From Penicillus capitatus (taxonomy: Eukaryota > Plantae > Chlorophyta): a stretch of 64,000 nucleotides of DNA. Both the position numbers and the translations under genes were made by a program. Each line of letters starts with the position of its first letter. Within the stretch, counting starts at the first letter, position 1. Positions 11,908 to 22,622 of the stretch are shown here, one piece after another. The stretch is taken from positions 1,784,351 to 1,848,350 of the forward strand of contig OZ287697.1 in assembly GCA_965649825.1 (NCBI GenBank). Direction: 5' to 3'. The notes under the pieces are model-generated. The model was given only the letters and a program-made list of their open reading frames with translations. It made no database searches and was not told the DNA's origin.

Positions 11908-13245
11908 ATGCCTCGCTCTGCGACCGCGGCGACCTTCACATCGATCCCCCTACCGCAACGCTACGTTCCGCCACGTCACAGCTGCCGAATACCGAAGAGC
12001 ATCCATCTCGTAGTCGATACCCGACATCTGCTTTTGAGGACTCGCGCTGCGTCATCTTCGTCCAGCGCTGTGAGTGAGATCACGTCACATCTGACGAAGC
12101 TCACACGAAGCTGCCGTTTTAGATACCGCAGGACGATGCGTCGGTCGATGATAAGGTGTCTGGTGTGATGAATGCGTTGGAGGAAGGGACGCTGTGGGAG
12201 GGCATCATCAAAACGCGGAACCGCGGCGGTGTCATCATCGAGGCCGGAACCCGCAAAGCCTTCTGTCCTTACTCCCTTCTCGATCCCATACGTCTTGCCC
12301 AAATCGATTTCACACAGACACCCTTCGAATGCACCGCGATCCTCGATAAACCCATCAAGTGCATTGTCCACAATGTGTGACCCCGCCGCCGCCACCGCCG
12401 CCGCCTCTCTGACATATCTCGTTCGATGCAGATCGACGAAGGAGGCCGTGTAGTTCTGTCCGAAGTTGCTTACTGGATGCGACGTGCCTTGAACTTTTAC
12501 AAACCCGGAGATGTAACGACGTGCAAAGTCACGGGTGTGACGCAACACATCTTTTTGGAGATGGGATTGAGCAGGGTGCTTGTGTATCTAGCTGTGCAAG
12601 ACTACGGTGCGTTTGTTGCGGTTCCGTCCGAGGATGGCCTCGATCACGGCGTCCGTGGCCTCATCCACGTCTCCGAGCTCTCATGGGATGTAGTCTCGCG
12701 TCCGGAAGACGTTGTAAAAATCGGTGGGCGTCGTGCATTGATCGCCGCCGTCACACATTTCTCACTCTTTTAGGTGACGAGGTCGAAGCCGTCGTCAAAA
12801 ACATCAAGCGATTCAACAATCAGATCGAACTGTCCTTGCGGCACGAAGAATCCGATCCGCTCAAAGAGAGCATCTCTTCATTGCTGCCTCTTGAAGGCGA
12901 CGTGCTCCAAGACATGGCATGGGAACCGCCTCAGACCTTGCTCCGGGAGCTCACGGCCATTATCGATACCTTAAAAGCCGAGCCGAGCATCGAAGACGTC
13001 CAGCCCACACGTCAGGCCGAGGTCCAGCACAAAGTGTCGCTAGTAAGGCAGCGATCCGACGCATCGTCATCGCTGATCACGATCGATAGGATCTGGAGCT
13101 GTGGCTGTCGAAGGAGGAAGTCGAGAACGGGTTCAATCTCGTTGCCTGGTCGGGTCGGACACTACAGGAGATCCACGTGACGACCGATCTCACACGGGAC
13201 GACATGAAATCGACTTTACGCAAGGTGCTGCGTCGCACGATGTGA
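11908..13245 (+). CDS. Plastid S1-domain RNA-binding protein (SRRP1 / ribosomal S1-like)
   Basis: Transit-peptide-like N-terminus. S1 motifs WEGIIKTRNRGGVII and VQDYGAFV...GLIHVSELSW...GDEVEAVV. The spliced last exon DLELWLSKEEVENGFNLVAWSGRTLQEIHVTTDL...KVLRR resembles the C-terminus of plant SRRP1-type proteins. Five short GT-AG introns link the ORF-track fragments in frame. Confidence 0.85.
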
Positions 13246-13293
13246 GCGAGCAGATGAGAGACTAACGTATTTGATCGATTGATCATCATCCGC

Positions 13294-16200
13294 ATGCATC
13301 TCTTTGCCCGTCTGCGCGGGGGGCTCCCACGTGTGTCGGGTATTCGGCAGGTGGCGACGCGCAGCGATGGTCTCGGGTTCTATAACGATCCTCAAGAGCG
13401 AAAATGGAATCCGCGCGATCGCACCGCCTTTTTCGATTTTCGTGTCCTGCACGACGTGCGCGACGTCGAACGGATCGTTCGATCGCTGGACGAGACGATC
13501 TCCGTCGGGCATCTCTCCGGAGCTCTCAATCGACTGCATCGTCTATCGACGAAACCGGATGCCGATTTCCTGCAGCTTCTGGCCGATCGAACCATCCAGC
13601 GACTCGCCGATTTTGAAGCGCGGCATTTTTCGACCGTCTGGTCGGCAATGGTCCGTCTTGGATGGAGTGACGTTGACTTCTACGATACCTTAGCCCAAGA
13701 GGCCATGCAACCGAACTATCTACAGGCGTACAGTCCCATCCACATCGCTCAACTCGTCTATGGCGTCGGTCGCCTGCAGAAGATTTGGGATCAGAAGAGA
13801 GGGATCCGTTTGCGACCGTGCGGAGAGAACGACATCTTAGCATTCCTCCATCAACGGTCGTTTCTCGCTGCGCTCGTGGAGAACACACTCCTGTCACATC
13901 ACCCCGGTCGTCTCAACGATATGCAGCTCAGCAGCGTGATCTATGGACTGGGACTGGCGAAATTTCGCGCGAAGGATTTGCCGAAGCCGCTGGTGGAAAC
14001 CGTGACATCCGCCATCCAATGGCCAGGGTTTTCGGAAGGGACTCTGGTGTCGATGCTTTACGGTATGACGCTCATGGGTATGTCCAAACACCAAGAGGTC
14101 ATGCAGACGGCGATCGGTGCACTGACCCATCCCGATCGACTCTTCAGACTCAAAGAGAAAGACCTCACCTGTCTTCTCTACGTCCTGCGTCTGCTGCAGT
14201 TCGACGAGGTGGTGCCGTTGAAGCACATACGCGAGCTGCTTTCGGACAAGCCGCGTCTGCGGCATTTCTCTGAGCAGTCGCTGTCAATGATGACGACCAA
14301 TTTGAGATGTCTCGGCATCAAAGGGGCTGGGACGCTGGGGCCGTTGCTCGGAGAGATCGCTTCGGAGCGTGTGCTGCCGAACATTGCTCCGCAGGGATTG
14401 GCCATGGCGCTGTACAACTACGCCGTGAGTGACTTCCGTGATGTGACCGTTTTGAAGAAGCTCACCGAAGAGGCCATGCAGCCGAAGCATATGGAACGGT
14501 TTTCGCCATCCGATCTCTCACAGATGATGTTTGCGCTGAGTTTCCTTAACTATGACGACCGAGCGATGCTGGCGCCCTTGAAACAACGGGTGTCCGATCG
14601 GTCCTTGCTGGGTGCGTTAGAGATCGGCGACATGCTCAATCTCATTCACGGCTGTGCGCGATTTGGATGGATGCCGTCGCTGCCGTATACGTTTGAGGAG
14701 CTGCTCGATTCCTCCCGGATCCATCGCATGACCAGCAGCCAGATCGGATCCATGTTGTATAGCATGAGTCTTGGCGGCTCGGCGGAGCAACAGTATTTGA
14801 CATCGGTGCTGGAGCAGATTGTGCGGATGGATCGACTGAAAGACTTCCATGCCAATCAACTGGGCGCCATGCTGTCGAGTCTCGGCAAGATGCGCTACAG
14901 CGAGGAGTCGGTGCTGAAGCAGTGGGTGAGCGAGATCGTCAAACCGAATCGACTGGAGACGTTTTCGTCGACGGGTTTGGTGATGGCCTTGCACGGACTG
15001 GCCGGATGCGAGTTTCGTGACGGGCCGCTTCTCGGCAGCTTCCTTCGCGAAATCATCTTGCCCTCGCGTCTCAGTGAATTCCGACCGGCGCAGCTCTCTA
15101 TCATCGTCTTCTCTCTTGGCAAAATCGGCGTCGAGGATACACGCGTGATCGATCCTGTGATGCAGGAGGTCATGCAGGAGTCCTGTCTCGTGGCAATGAC
15201 GGCCCAGGGCCTCACCAATACACTCTATGGACTGGCTCAACTTCAGGCTTTCAATGAGCAGATCTGGACGACGTTGTCCGCCGAGGTGCGAAAGCCCGAG
15301 CGTCTGGCGCAGCTCAGTGCGCTGGAACTGAGTCTTTTGCTCTATGCGTATGGTATGAAACGGTGGCAGCCTCCTGTGCTGGACACCCTTCTGCAGATGG
15401 CGGCGCAGGAGAGCATCGTCAAGGACTATACGACGGTGGGCCTGGCGTCCAGTCTCTACAGTTTGGCACAGCTGGAGCGGCACGATGCTCCCTGCATCGA
15501 CGGCATCGCACAAGAATTCGTGCAGGACCATCGTCTGCACGACTGCACGTCACATCACTTGGCGAACGTCGTTTTCTCCCTCGGCATCCTAAACTATCGA
15601 AACAAAGATGTCATCGGAGACATCTGTCAAGAAGTGATGCGACGTGTGCCCTCCTTTTCGCGCCACGGACTCTATAATCTCATCTTCGGCCTCGGTCGAT
15701 TAGAGTACCGCCACAATGTATTGCTGGAGGAATTATGGAAAGAGATGCTCAAACTGGAGAGACTGGCAGGTTTTACGGAGAGAGAATGGGCCACCATTGC
15801 CTATCATCTCTCGCAGCTGGAGTTCAAAGACGAGGATGCCGTGATCCGACTCCGAAGCAAAATTCTGTCGACGCGAGGACTGCCGGCACAGCCCATTTCG
15901 CACATCCATTCCAAACGCGAGCTCACGGCTGGCGATCTCCAAAAGATAAGGGAGGATTATCAGGGCAGCCTGCAGACGGCATCCGGCGGCGAATGGCGAG
16001 GAATGGGGACAAAGACGGTGTTGAGTGAGAAGAACGTGGTGTGGACGAAGAGTGATCACGAGAAGTACCGTGACATGTCTTTCTCGGGATGGAGGGATCG
16101 CAGTCTACCCGCGACCTATCCTCCGCGTTCTCCAGAAACGTACTTTCAGCCAAAACGCTCTGTCGGACCTGCGCTGCTCCCAGGAGTGCCACACAGTGCG

Positions 16201-16763
16201 TCGTTTCCTGTCTCTTGTGCACGTGTTAAGTACGTGATGTGACTGCAGAAGCGCAGCGGAGGCATGGCGGAGAGAACAGGCCGAAGAGACGCAGGGTGAC
16301 GGTGTTCAATCGAACGAGCTATTATGACTCGGAAGATGACGAGATACCGCCGCCGAAGATATACGGTGAGGTGCGGGAACGGATCATCTCGCCGTGGTCC
16401 TCGCCCTACTACAATCTCCGCATTCAGAAATGGCCGGTGTCTCCGGGGCCGGCCAAGGTGCTCAATGCAGATTTCGATGAAGACGTTCGCTCAGCGGAGG
16501 ACAGTCGCAATCCATACGAAGACTTTAGCAGTGATGCATCGGATTCCGAATTCAGTTTAGGAGAGGAGGAGGAAGTGCCGGTCAGGAGGGCGCCAGTCAG
16601 GAGGGCGCCGCCAGTGAAGACCCAATCGGTGACGCTTCGAGATCTTATGGCGGCGAAGAAACGCCAAGTGCAGGAGAAGGACGAAGCCGCTCTGGAAGAA
16701 TTGGTCGAAGGAGTTGCGCATTTTTTCAAGCGGAGTCCAGATGATCATCAAGCGCCGAAATGA
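13294..16763 (+). CDS. Alpha-solenoid OPR/HPR-like organellar RNA-binding protein with ~39-aa repeats and an acidic C-terminal tail
   Basis: First ATG at 13294 begins an Arg-rich targeting-like peptide (MHLFARLRGGLPRVSGIRQVATR). About 19 repeats such as FSPSDLSQMMFALSFLNYDDRAMLAPLKQRVSDRSLLGA. A phase-consistent 53-nt intron (16196-16248, GTGCGT..TGCAG) joins it to the ATG-less ORF 16239-16763. Confidence 0.8.
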
Positions 16764-16790
16764 TGGCGGCGGTCAAAGGAAAGGCGTCAT

Positions 16791-17248
16791 ATGGATGGGG
16801 CGTTGTGTTTTGATGAAGAGGGTCAACTGCGTCTGCTGCCCACGAACGTCGTTTCCGACGCCGAGACCCTTCGGCAATGCGCGAGCTCTTTTGCGACGCA
16901 ATTTCAGGATTTGCGTTCATTGCTGACGGACGTTCTGAAATCGATGGCTTTGCTGGCACGGGATATCGAAACGCAACGGATGGCGGTCTTGTCCATGCGA
17001 CATCGAATGGCGGCGGCGGCGAACGCAGAACAGCACCGTCGAGCAGCGCCGCCACGCATCATCGAAAAACGACAGCAACTTGAGCGCCTCTATGTAACCC
17101 ACAAAACAAACGCATCCCGCAACGGTCATGCTCGCGATTACCTACGTAGAAAGAAGAGCGTTCTCTGCAACGGATCGAGGCGGAACAGCATAAACAGATG
17201 GCGCATTTGCTGAACAACTGTGGGGCCAAGAACGTGAAGCGCATTTAA
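16791..17248 (+). CDS. IFT20: Intraflagellar transport protein 20 homolog
   Basis: MDGALCFDEEGQLRLL...IETQRMAVLSMRHRM...IIEKRQQLERLY matches the IFT20 pattern (FDE..lRiL; E.ek.kaig.rnr; EKqqeLERL). Intron 17094-17149 restores the C-terminal coiled coil KEERSLQRIEAEQ; stop TAA at 17246-17248. Confidence 0.8.
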
Positions 17249-17274
17249 AAGAGTGAGATCCGGGTTCATGCTTT

Positions 17275-18627
17275 TTAAACGAATGTCACACCGGCGGCGC
17301 CTTCGACCATACGACCGAGAACAATGGCGGCCGGTTCGATGGCTTTCACTCGATCGACGTCGCCACCATCGACGGCAACGACCATACCGATGCCCATGTT
17401 AAACGTCCGGAACATCTCGGCCGTCGCGATCTTTCCTTTCTGTTCTCACACAGCGCGCGTGAAAAGACGTCCGTCACTCTTTTGCGTCGTCGTCGATTCT
17501 CACTTCTTGCAGCCACGTAAAGACAGGCGGAATCTGCCAAGCAGCGGTCTGGATGTGACAGGCGAGATTGGACGGCGACATTCGGGGAAGGTTCTCAGGA
17601 AAGCCGCCACCTGTGATGTGCACCATGCCTTTGATTCGGACCTTCTGGGCAATGTCCTCGATCGCTGACACATAGATAACCGTCGGTTCCAACAGCACCT
17701 CCCCCACTGTCTTCGTTCCATCCCAAGGCGCGGCATCCATCAAAGAAATCTCATTCAGCTACCATCCAACAAACGCGCGCTTCTCAGGGAGACCAAAGAC
17801 GGCTGCCGTTGTGCCAGACCTGGAGGATTTTGCGCACGAGCGAGAATCCGTTGGAGTGCACGCCGCTCGATCGCAGACCGATGAGAACATCGCCTTCTGC
17901 TAAACACTGCGGTCCATCGATCAGATCTTCTTTTCTCACCGAGCCGACGGCAAATCCGGCCACGTCGTATTCTCCTTTGCCATAGAATTCTGGCATCTCT
18001 GCTGTCTACAAAACACGGCGCCGATGTATGGCATTTCGCAAAGGGAGGTCCAATGCTGACAGACTTCGCCACCCAGGAGCATGCACTTCGCTTGGCGACA
18101 TCCTTCTACGATGCCTTTCACGACCTGATCCCCTCCATCTGTACGACACTCTCGATTCAGGAGTGACGGACCTGTTCAGCGACGTCGACGTCGAGATGTG
18201 ACGTGGCGTAGTAGTCGAGAAAGAACATCGGTTTGGCGCCGGACGTGAGAATATCGTTGACGCTCATGGCGACCAGATCGATGCCTATGGTATCATGCTT
18301 CTGCATTTCGAACGCGAGTTTTAGTTTCGTCCCGACGCCGTCTGTTCCGGCCACCAGATAGTGATCCCCTGCGAACGAACATACCACCTGCCACCCTATC
18401 AACGCAACGGACGTCACCTAAGACGCACCGAAAGGAACGCGGCCGTTGAAGCCGCCGATCTCGGGATTCAATCGTCGGATGCGGCGGACGAGTTCGGATC
18501 CGGCATCGATGTCAACGCCCGCCGCTTTGTAGTCGAGTCGACGGGCGCTCAGGACAACGTGCCTTTCGCGACGTCGCGTTGATAACGGTGCGCGCACCGG
18601 ACGCGTCCAACGGGAAAGAAAGAGCAT
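17275..18627 (-). CDS. purM: Phosphoribosylformylglycinamidine cyclo-ligase (AIR synthetase), plastid-type
   Basis: Motifs [59 protein letters not shown] and [16 protein letters not shown] introns at 18428-18369, 18171-18125, 18064-18006, 17819-17759 and 17503-17440. Confidence 0.96.
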
Positions 18628-18698
18628 CGCGTGCTCAAAGCTCAAAACTGTGCGCCTGCCTTGCGGTCAATCAAAAACGCAATAGAAACGTCACATCA

Positions 18699-19464
18699 TC
18701 AACGCCCTCGTGACAGGAACCGATCGGCATCGTCCACTTCCTAAAGCCATACCACAACATGTCCTCCCGAAGACGCGATCTCGGCCGTTCTCGCCTTGAT
18801 CAGTCGCTCAAGACGTTTCTTTGGGAGCGGCGTTTCGGGGCCGAAGCTGTTGAAATGACCGGAGAGAGCATTGACAGCGGAGTAGGTATTGCTAGCGGAC
18901 ATGAGTGAGAAAGAGTGAGATCATTGATCGGTGTTGACCTGTAGGATTGTCGACCAGCAAATTTGGTGTTCCTTCGATATCTCGCCACCCATTTGTTCGT
19001 CAGGCCTCGGACCTCGGAGACGGCATCTTCGCGATTGGGGTCATCACGTGCCAACGCTATCACCTTCCTGACGGTGCCCAGCAACGCCGCCTACTCAATA
19101 GGCGCCCTCTTTCAAGCGTCCAGTCACGTCAGGGATACCGTTTCAGTTTCGTATGCCTTTGCCGCATCCTCTCCCAAGCCAAGCACCGCTTCAGCTGGCG
19201 AACTGACGGTCAGCGTCAGCACGCCGGTCAGGATACCGGATGTGACGTCTCGTCGACGAGGCTCGGCCTGAAAAACACATCAAGACGCCATCGGTCGTGC
19301 GGTCTGGGATCACCCCTTGGGCACGGACGACGAATTGGGACCGTCCACGCGGGGCACTACAGAGGAGAGGTGAAGAAAACGGCTTGGCATGATATGGACA
19401 GGCCGAACGCTGCCGAGGCGATGTATGGTGCAGATCGCGTCGAATAGAGCAACGCCTTCGACAT
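18699..19464 (-). CDS. psb27: Photosystem II assembly/repair lumenal protein Psb27
   Basis: Spliced product has a bipartite transit peptide (VVRA, RR, AEA), then DDPNREDAVSEVRGLTNKWVARYRR...YSALNALSGHFNSFGPETPLPKKRLERLIKEVDDADRFLSRGR. Five short introns; the last (18794-18741) is GC-AG. Confidence 0.9.
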
Positions 19465-19781
19465 CTTCAATACCGATCAACAATTTGTTTAATTGGTAGT
19501 TTCATCTAAGTACGCACAACGACTTGTCGTACGCGTATACTAAGCCACACCCGCTGCTTACATACCACACAATAACTTTTCGCGATCTAACCCACAGTGA
19601 TAGGCATCCGGAAGCTGGAAATGAAAGGTAGACGGCTACGTATGAGCAATATCAAACGACTCGTCGAAAAGCACCCCTTACTCGGGATCTTACTGGAATG
19701 CATAACGTCAGACGAGATATGAGAGTATTGACAAAATACAGTATAAAATTGTGGGATGGCGGTAAAAGACGACGTAGGAGT

Positions 19782-21474
19782 CTACGAGTACGTTCTTTGT
19801 ATCCGGACGAATTCAGACGAGAACTGTACGGCTTTAAGCGACCTCAGACATGGGAATCTTTGGAATACCATTCTCTCTTTGCTCTTTGTCAACGTCGAAC
19901 AATGGATCCTCAGATATCCGAGACGAGGAAATGAACCCTCTGCAAATGCCTCCAGCAAATGGATCTCTTTGCCAGCGTCGAGGGCGAGTCGGCGAAGCTG
20001 GTGTAACACGGTCAGCTGTCGGACAAAAGCATCCGAAACGACGTTTTCCGGAGTACCGACGTAGCAAAGCTGAGTCAGTCGTGGTAAATTTGAAAGGGCT
20101 GAGATAAGACCAGATTCAAAATGACTGCTGTGTCCCAGTGACAGAGAGGTGAGATTGGAACATCGGGAGAACACACGGACAGGAAAGGCATCCAGATACC
20201 TTGCATTAAGTACAAGCCTTTCCAGGTGCTTCAAATTGGCCAGAGAGTTCCCAAGGATGACATTTCCCCCCTGCCTCTCTACGAGGCAGAGCTCCACCAG
20301 ATTCGTCAGGCTGCCAATGTCTTGGGTCACTCTCGGACCGATGATCGTCAGAGCTGTCAAGAACGATAGCTTTGGGATGGGACAGTCGAGGTCACGATCA
20401 TGTCTGGACTGTCGATCTTGCACTTCGATTCTCAGTGTTTTGAGAGCCGTCAGTCTGGAGATGGCATTCCAGGCCTTCGCTTTGTCGAAGATGCCAGCTG
20501 CCAGGATGAGCGTTTTCAAACCAGCCATACGGCCAAGCGTGGAGAAGAAGCCTGTTTCTTGTTGGACTTCTGTCATGTTTGAACTGCTCACTGCGAGTTC
20601 CTCCAGACGGGAGAAGGCGTGGAGGACAGTCCAGTCATCAGTATAGGTACACAAACGGTTCACGTGTAGCGCTAATGAGTGGAGCCATGGAGCGTAGTCG
20701 GTAATACTCTGCACAGAATGAAAGACTGATGACAGGGAAAGCGTGATCTGGGTAGCTCACTTTTAGAAGTGAAGTGGTTGAACTTCTTCCGACATCCACC
20801 TCCAGTCTCGTCAGATTCGGACCTGGTGGAAAAAGCAATTCATCATTTTCATTAGTCAAGAAGACATGGGAGATGTGAAGTGCCCGGAGTTTTATAAGCT
20901 GTGTGATTGGGTCAACACGCGAGCGTCGTCCAATCGTCGAATGCAGCTGCAGCTTGGTCAGATTTGACAGATGCTTCAAGGATGCGCTGATGTGGGTCAC
21001 ACAGCACGACGTGTTTCGAAGGCAGAGGGTCTCCAGCTGCGCCAGTGCAGCAAAGTACCCTGGAAGCAGTTCATAGACAATACTTGACGTTGACGCCAGA
21101 TTCAGTTCCAACTGCCTTAACTGCTCGAGATGCGCCAAGGAGTAGAACGCCTCGACAAGTCTTCCAAAACGAAAGTTGGTGGAAGACGACAGCCGGACAG
21201 CACGCGGAAATTTTGACGGCGCTTGCATAATTCCCGCGAATGGAATGTTGGTGAGACTGACGGGGAGTCTTTTGCACACCTCGTTCCATTTCCGACACAC
21301 GAGGCGGCATTCATGAAGTCCAAAATCGACCAAGTGCTGCAGAAGCTTGGACAAGAAGAGCTCGTTCTCGAGCAATCCGCTGAGTGGATGTTCTGGGACA
21401 TCCTCCGAATGTGTCCGTCGACGCGACAGCACGGGGGAACATTCCTCGAGGTTGTCAAACGACCGTCTCTTCAT
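19782..21474 (-). CDS. F-box-like / leucine-rich-repeat protein A
   Basis: N-terminal LLENELFLSKLLQHLVDFGLHECRLVCRKWNEVC fits the F-box pattern and is followed by LxxLxxLxL repeats. One 52-nt GT-AG intron (20760-20709) joins ORFs 20638-21498 and 19782-20714 in frame. Confidence 0.85.
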
Positions 21475-22622
21475 CCAGTTACGCTCGCTCGGTTTCAAGT
21501 GCAGTCAGCGCCGAAGAATGGAAACACGACGCTGACGAGCAGTCAAATAGAGCCGTCATTTGTCACAGCACAGCACGGACTACAACTCAGCGGGCGCCGT
21601 TACGCGCAGATGTAACCCAAGCTGATTCAGCATTTCAGGTTGCTGTGCAGCACGGACGTTGAGGCGAACGTCGACGTTGACCGTCAACTCTTTGGCGCTT
21701 CCTAACCGCGTCAGGTCACTGCCGTTCACTTGCTTTAACGGGAATACGTGTTGCTGTCACGTTTCCGCCCCGTTTGGCCTCGTCCCTCTCCTGGACCTTT
21801 CATTTCATTTCGAGGCGGACTGTCCTGCAACCATCTTTGTGGCCGCATGCTGCGTTGCTGTGGACGGTCGTCCATTTTGCAGGGTGCTAAACGGATAGCA
21901 CTTGTACTGTCTTTCAGTATCCTTCCACGTACTTTTCACCCTGAACGACACTTGGATGCTGCACTGAGCGTCCGTAGCAGAATAGACGACGGACGCTTAT
22001 CTGAGTCGACTGCTGAAACGACCTTCTCCGACGGCACGCGTCACGCAACCGCTCAAACCGCGGGAGCCAAAGCACGGAGATGGTTTATGCTGGCTAAGTC
22101 CCAGCAAGAGCATGCCCGAACTTTGCCACGAGATCATGATGCTGCAGAAGGGCTCACTCCATAAGTTGGAGACCCTAGTAGCAGGCAATTGAACGTAGAT
22201 GACAAGGACCTGTGAACAGAAGCGCTCACCGTTGAAAGCCTATCGTATTGGAGGGAAATATTATAGGGTTTTCACACAGACGAAGTTAAGCAAACGTATC
22301 CGAGCGTGCTACAAGCGCACGAAGCTTTTCCGTTCAATCGGCTGACGTTTTAGACGCTCTATGTGAAAACCTAGAGCGGTTCGGAAAAGATAACGCCAAC
22401 TGACTATGGGAGGCGAACGTCGTGTCATGCAAGAAGGCTTGAACGAAGCTCCACGAACAAGCTTTGCTAACGTATATTTGCTGACAGCAACCGTTCGTGC
22501 AAGTTATTCTGCAGAGAACCTCTCCATATCCTGCTTCGTAAGGCAGCACGGTCGATATGCAGCATAAGCAGCTGAGCAGAGGCGAATGTATCTCTGGCTG
22601 CTGCCGTTGATGTAACCGTCGA

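Noticed and set aside
14617-15540. Long antisense ORFs over GC-rich exons (also over RSH and the Pmp-like genes)
   Set aside because: Expected by-products of codon bias on the opposite strand; no independent motifs.
16239-16763. Separate 174-aa gene
   Set aside because: It starts at GTG rather than ATG and is better explained as the last exon of the 13294 gene through a phase-consistent 53-nt intron.
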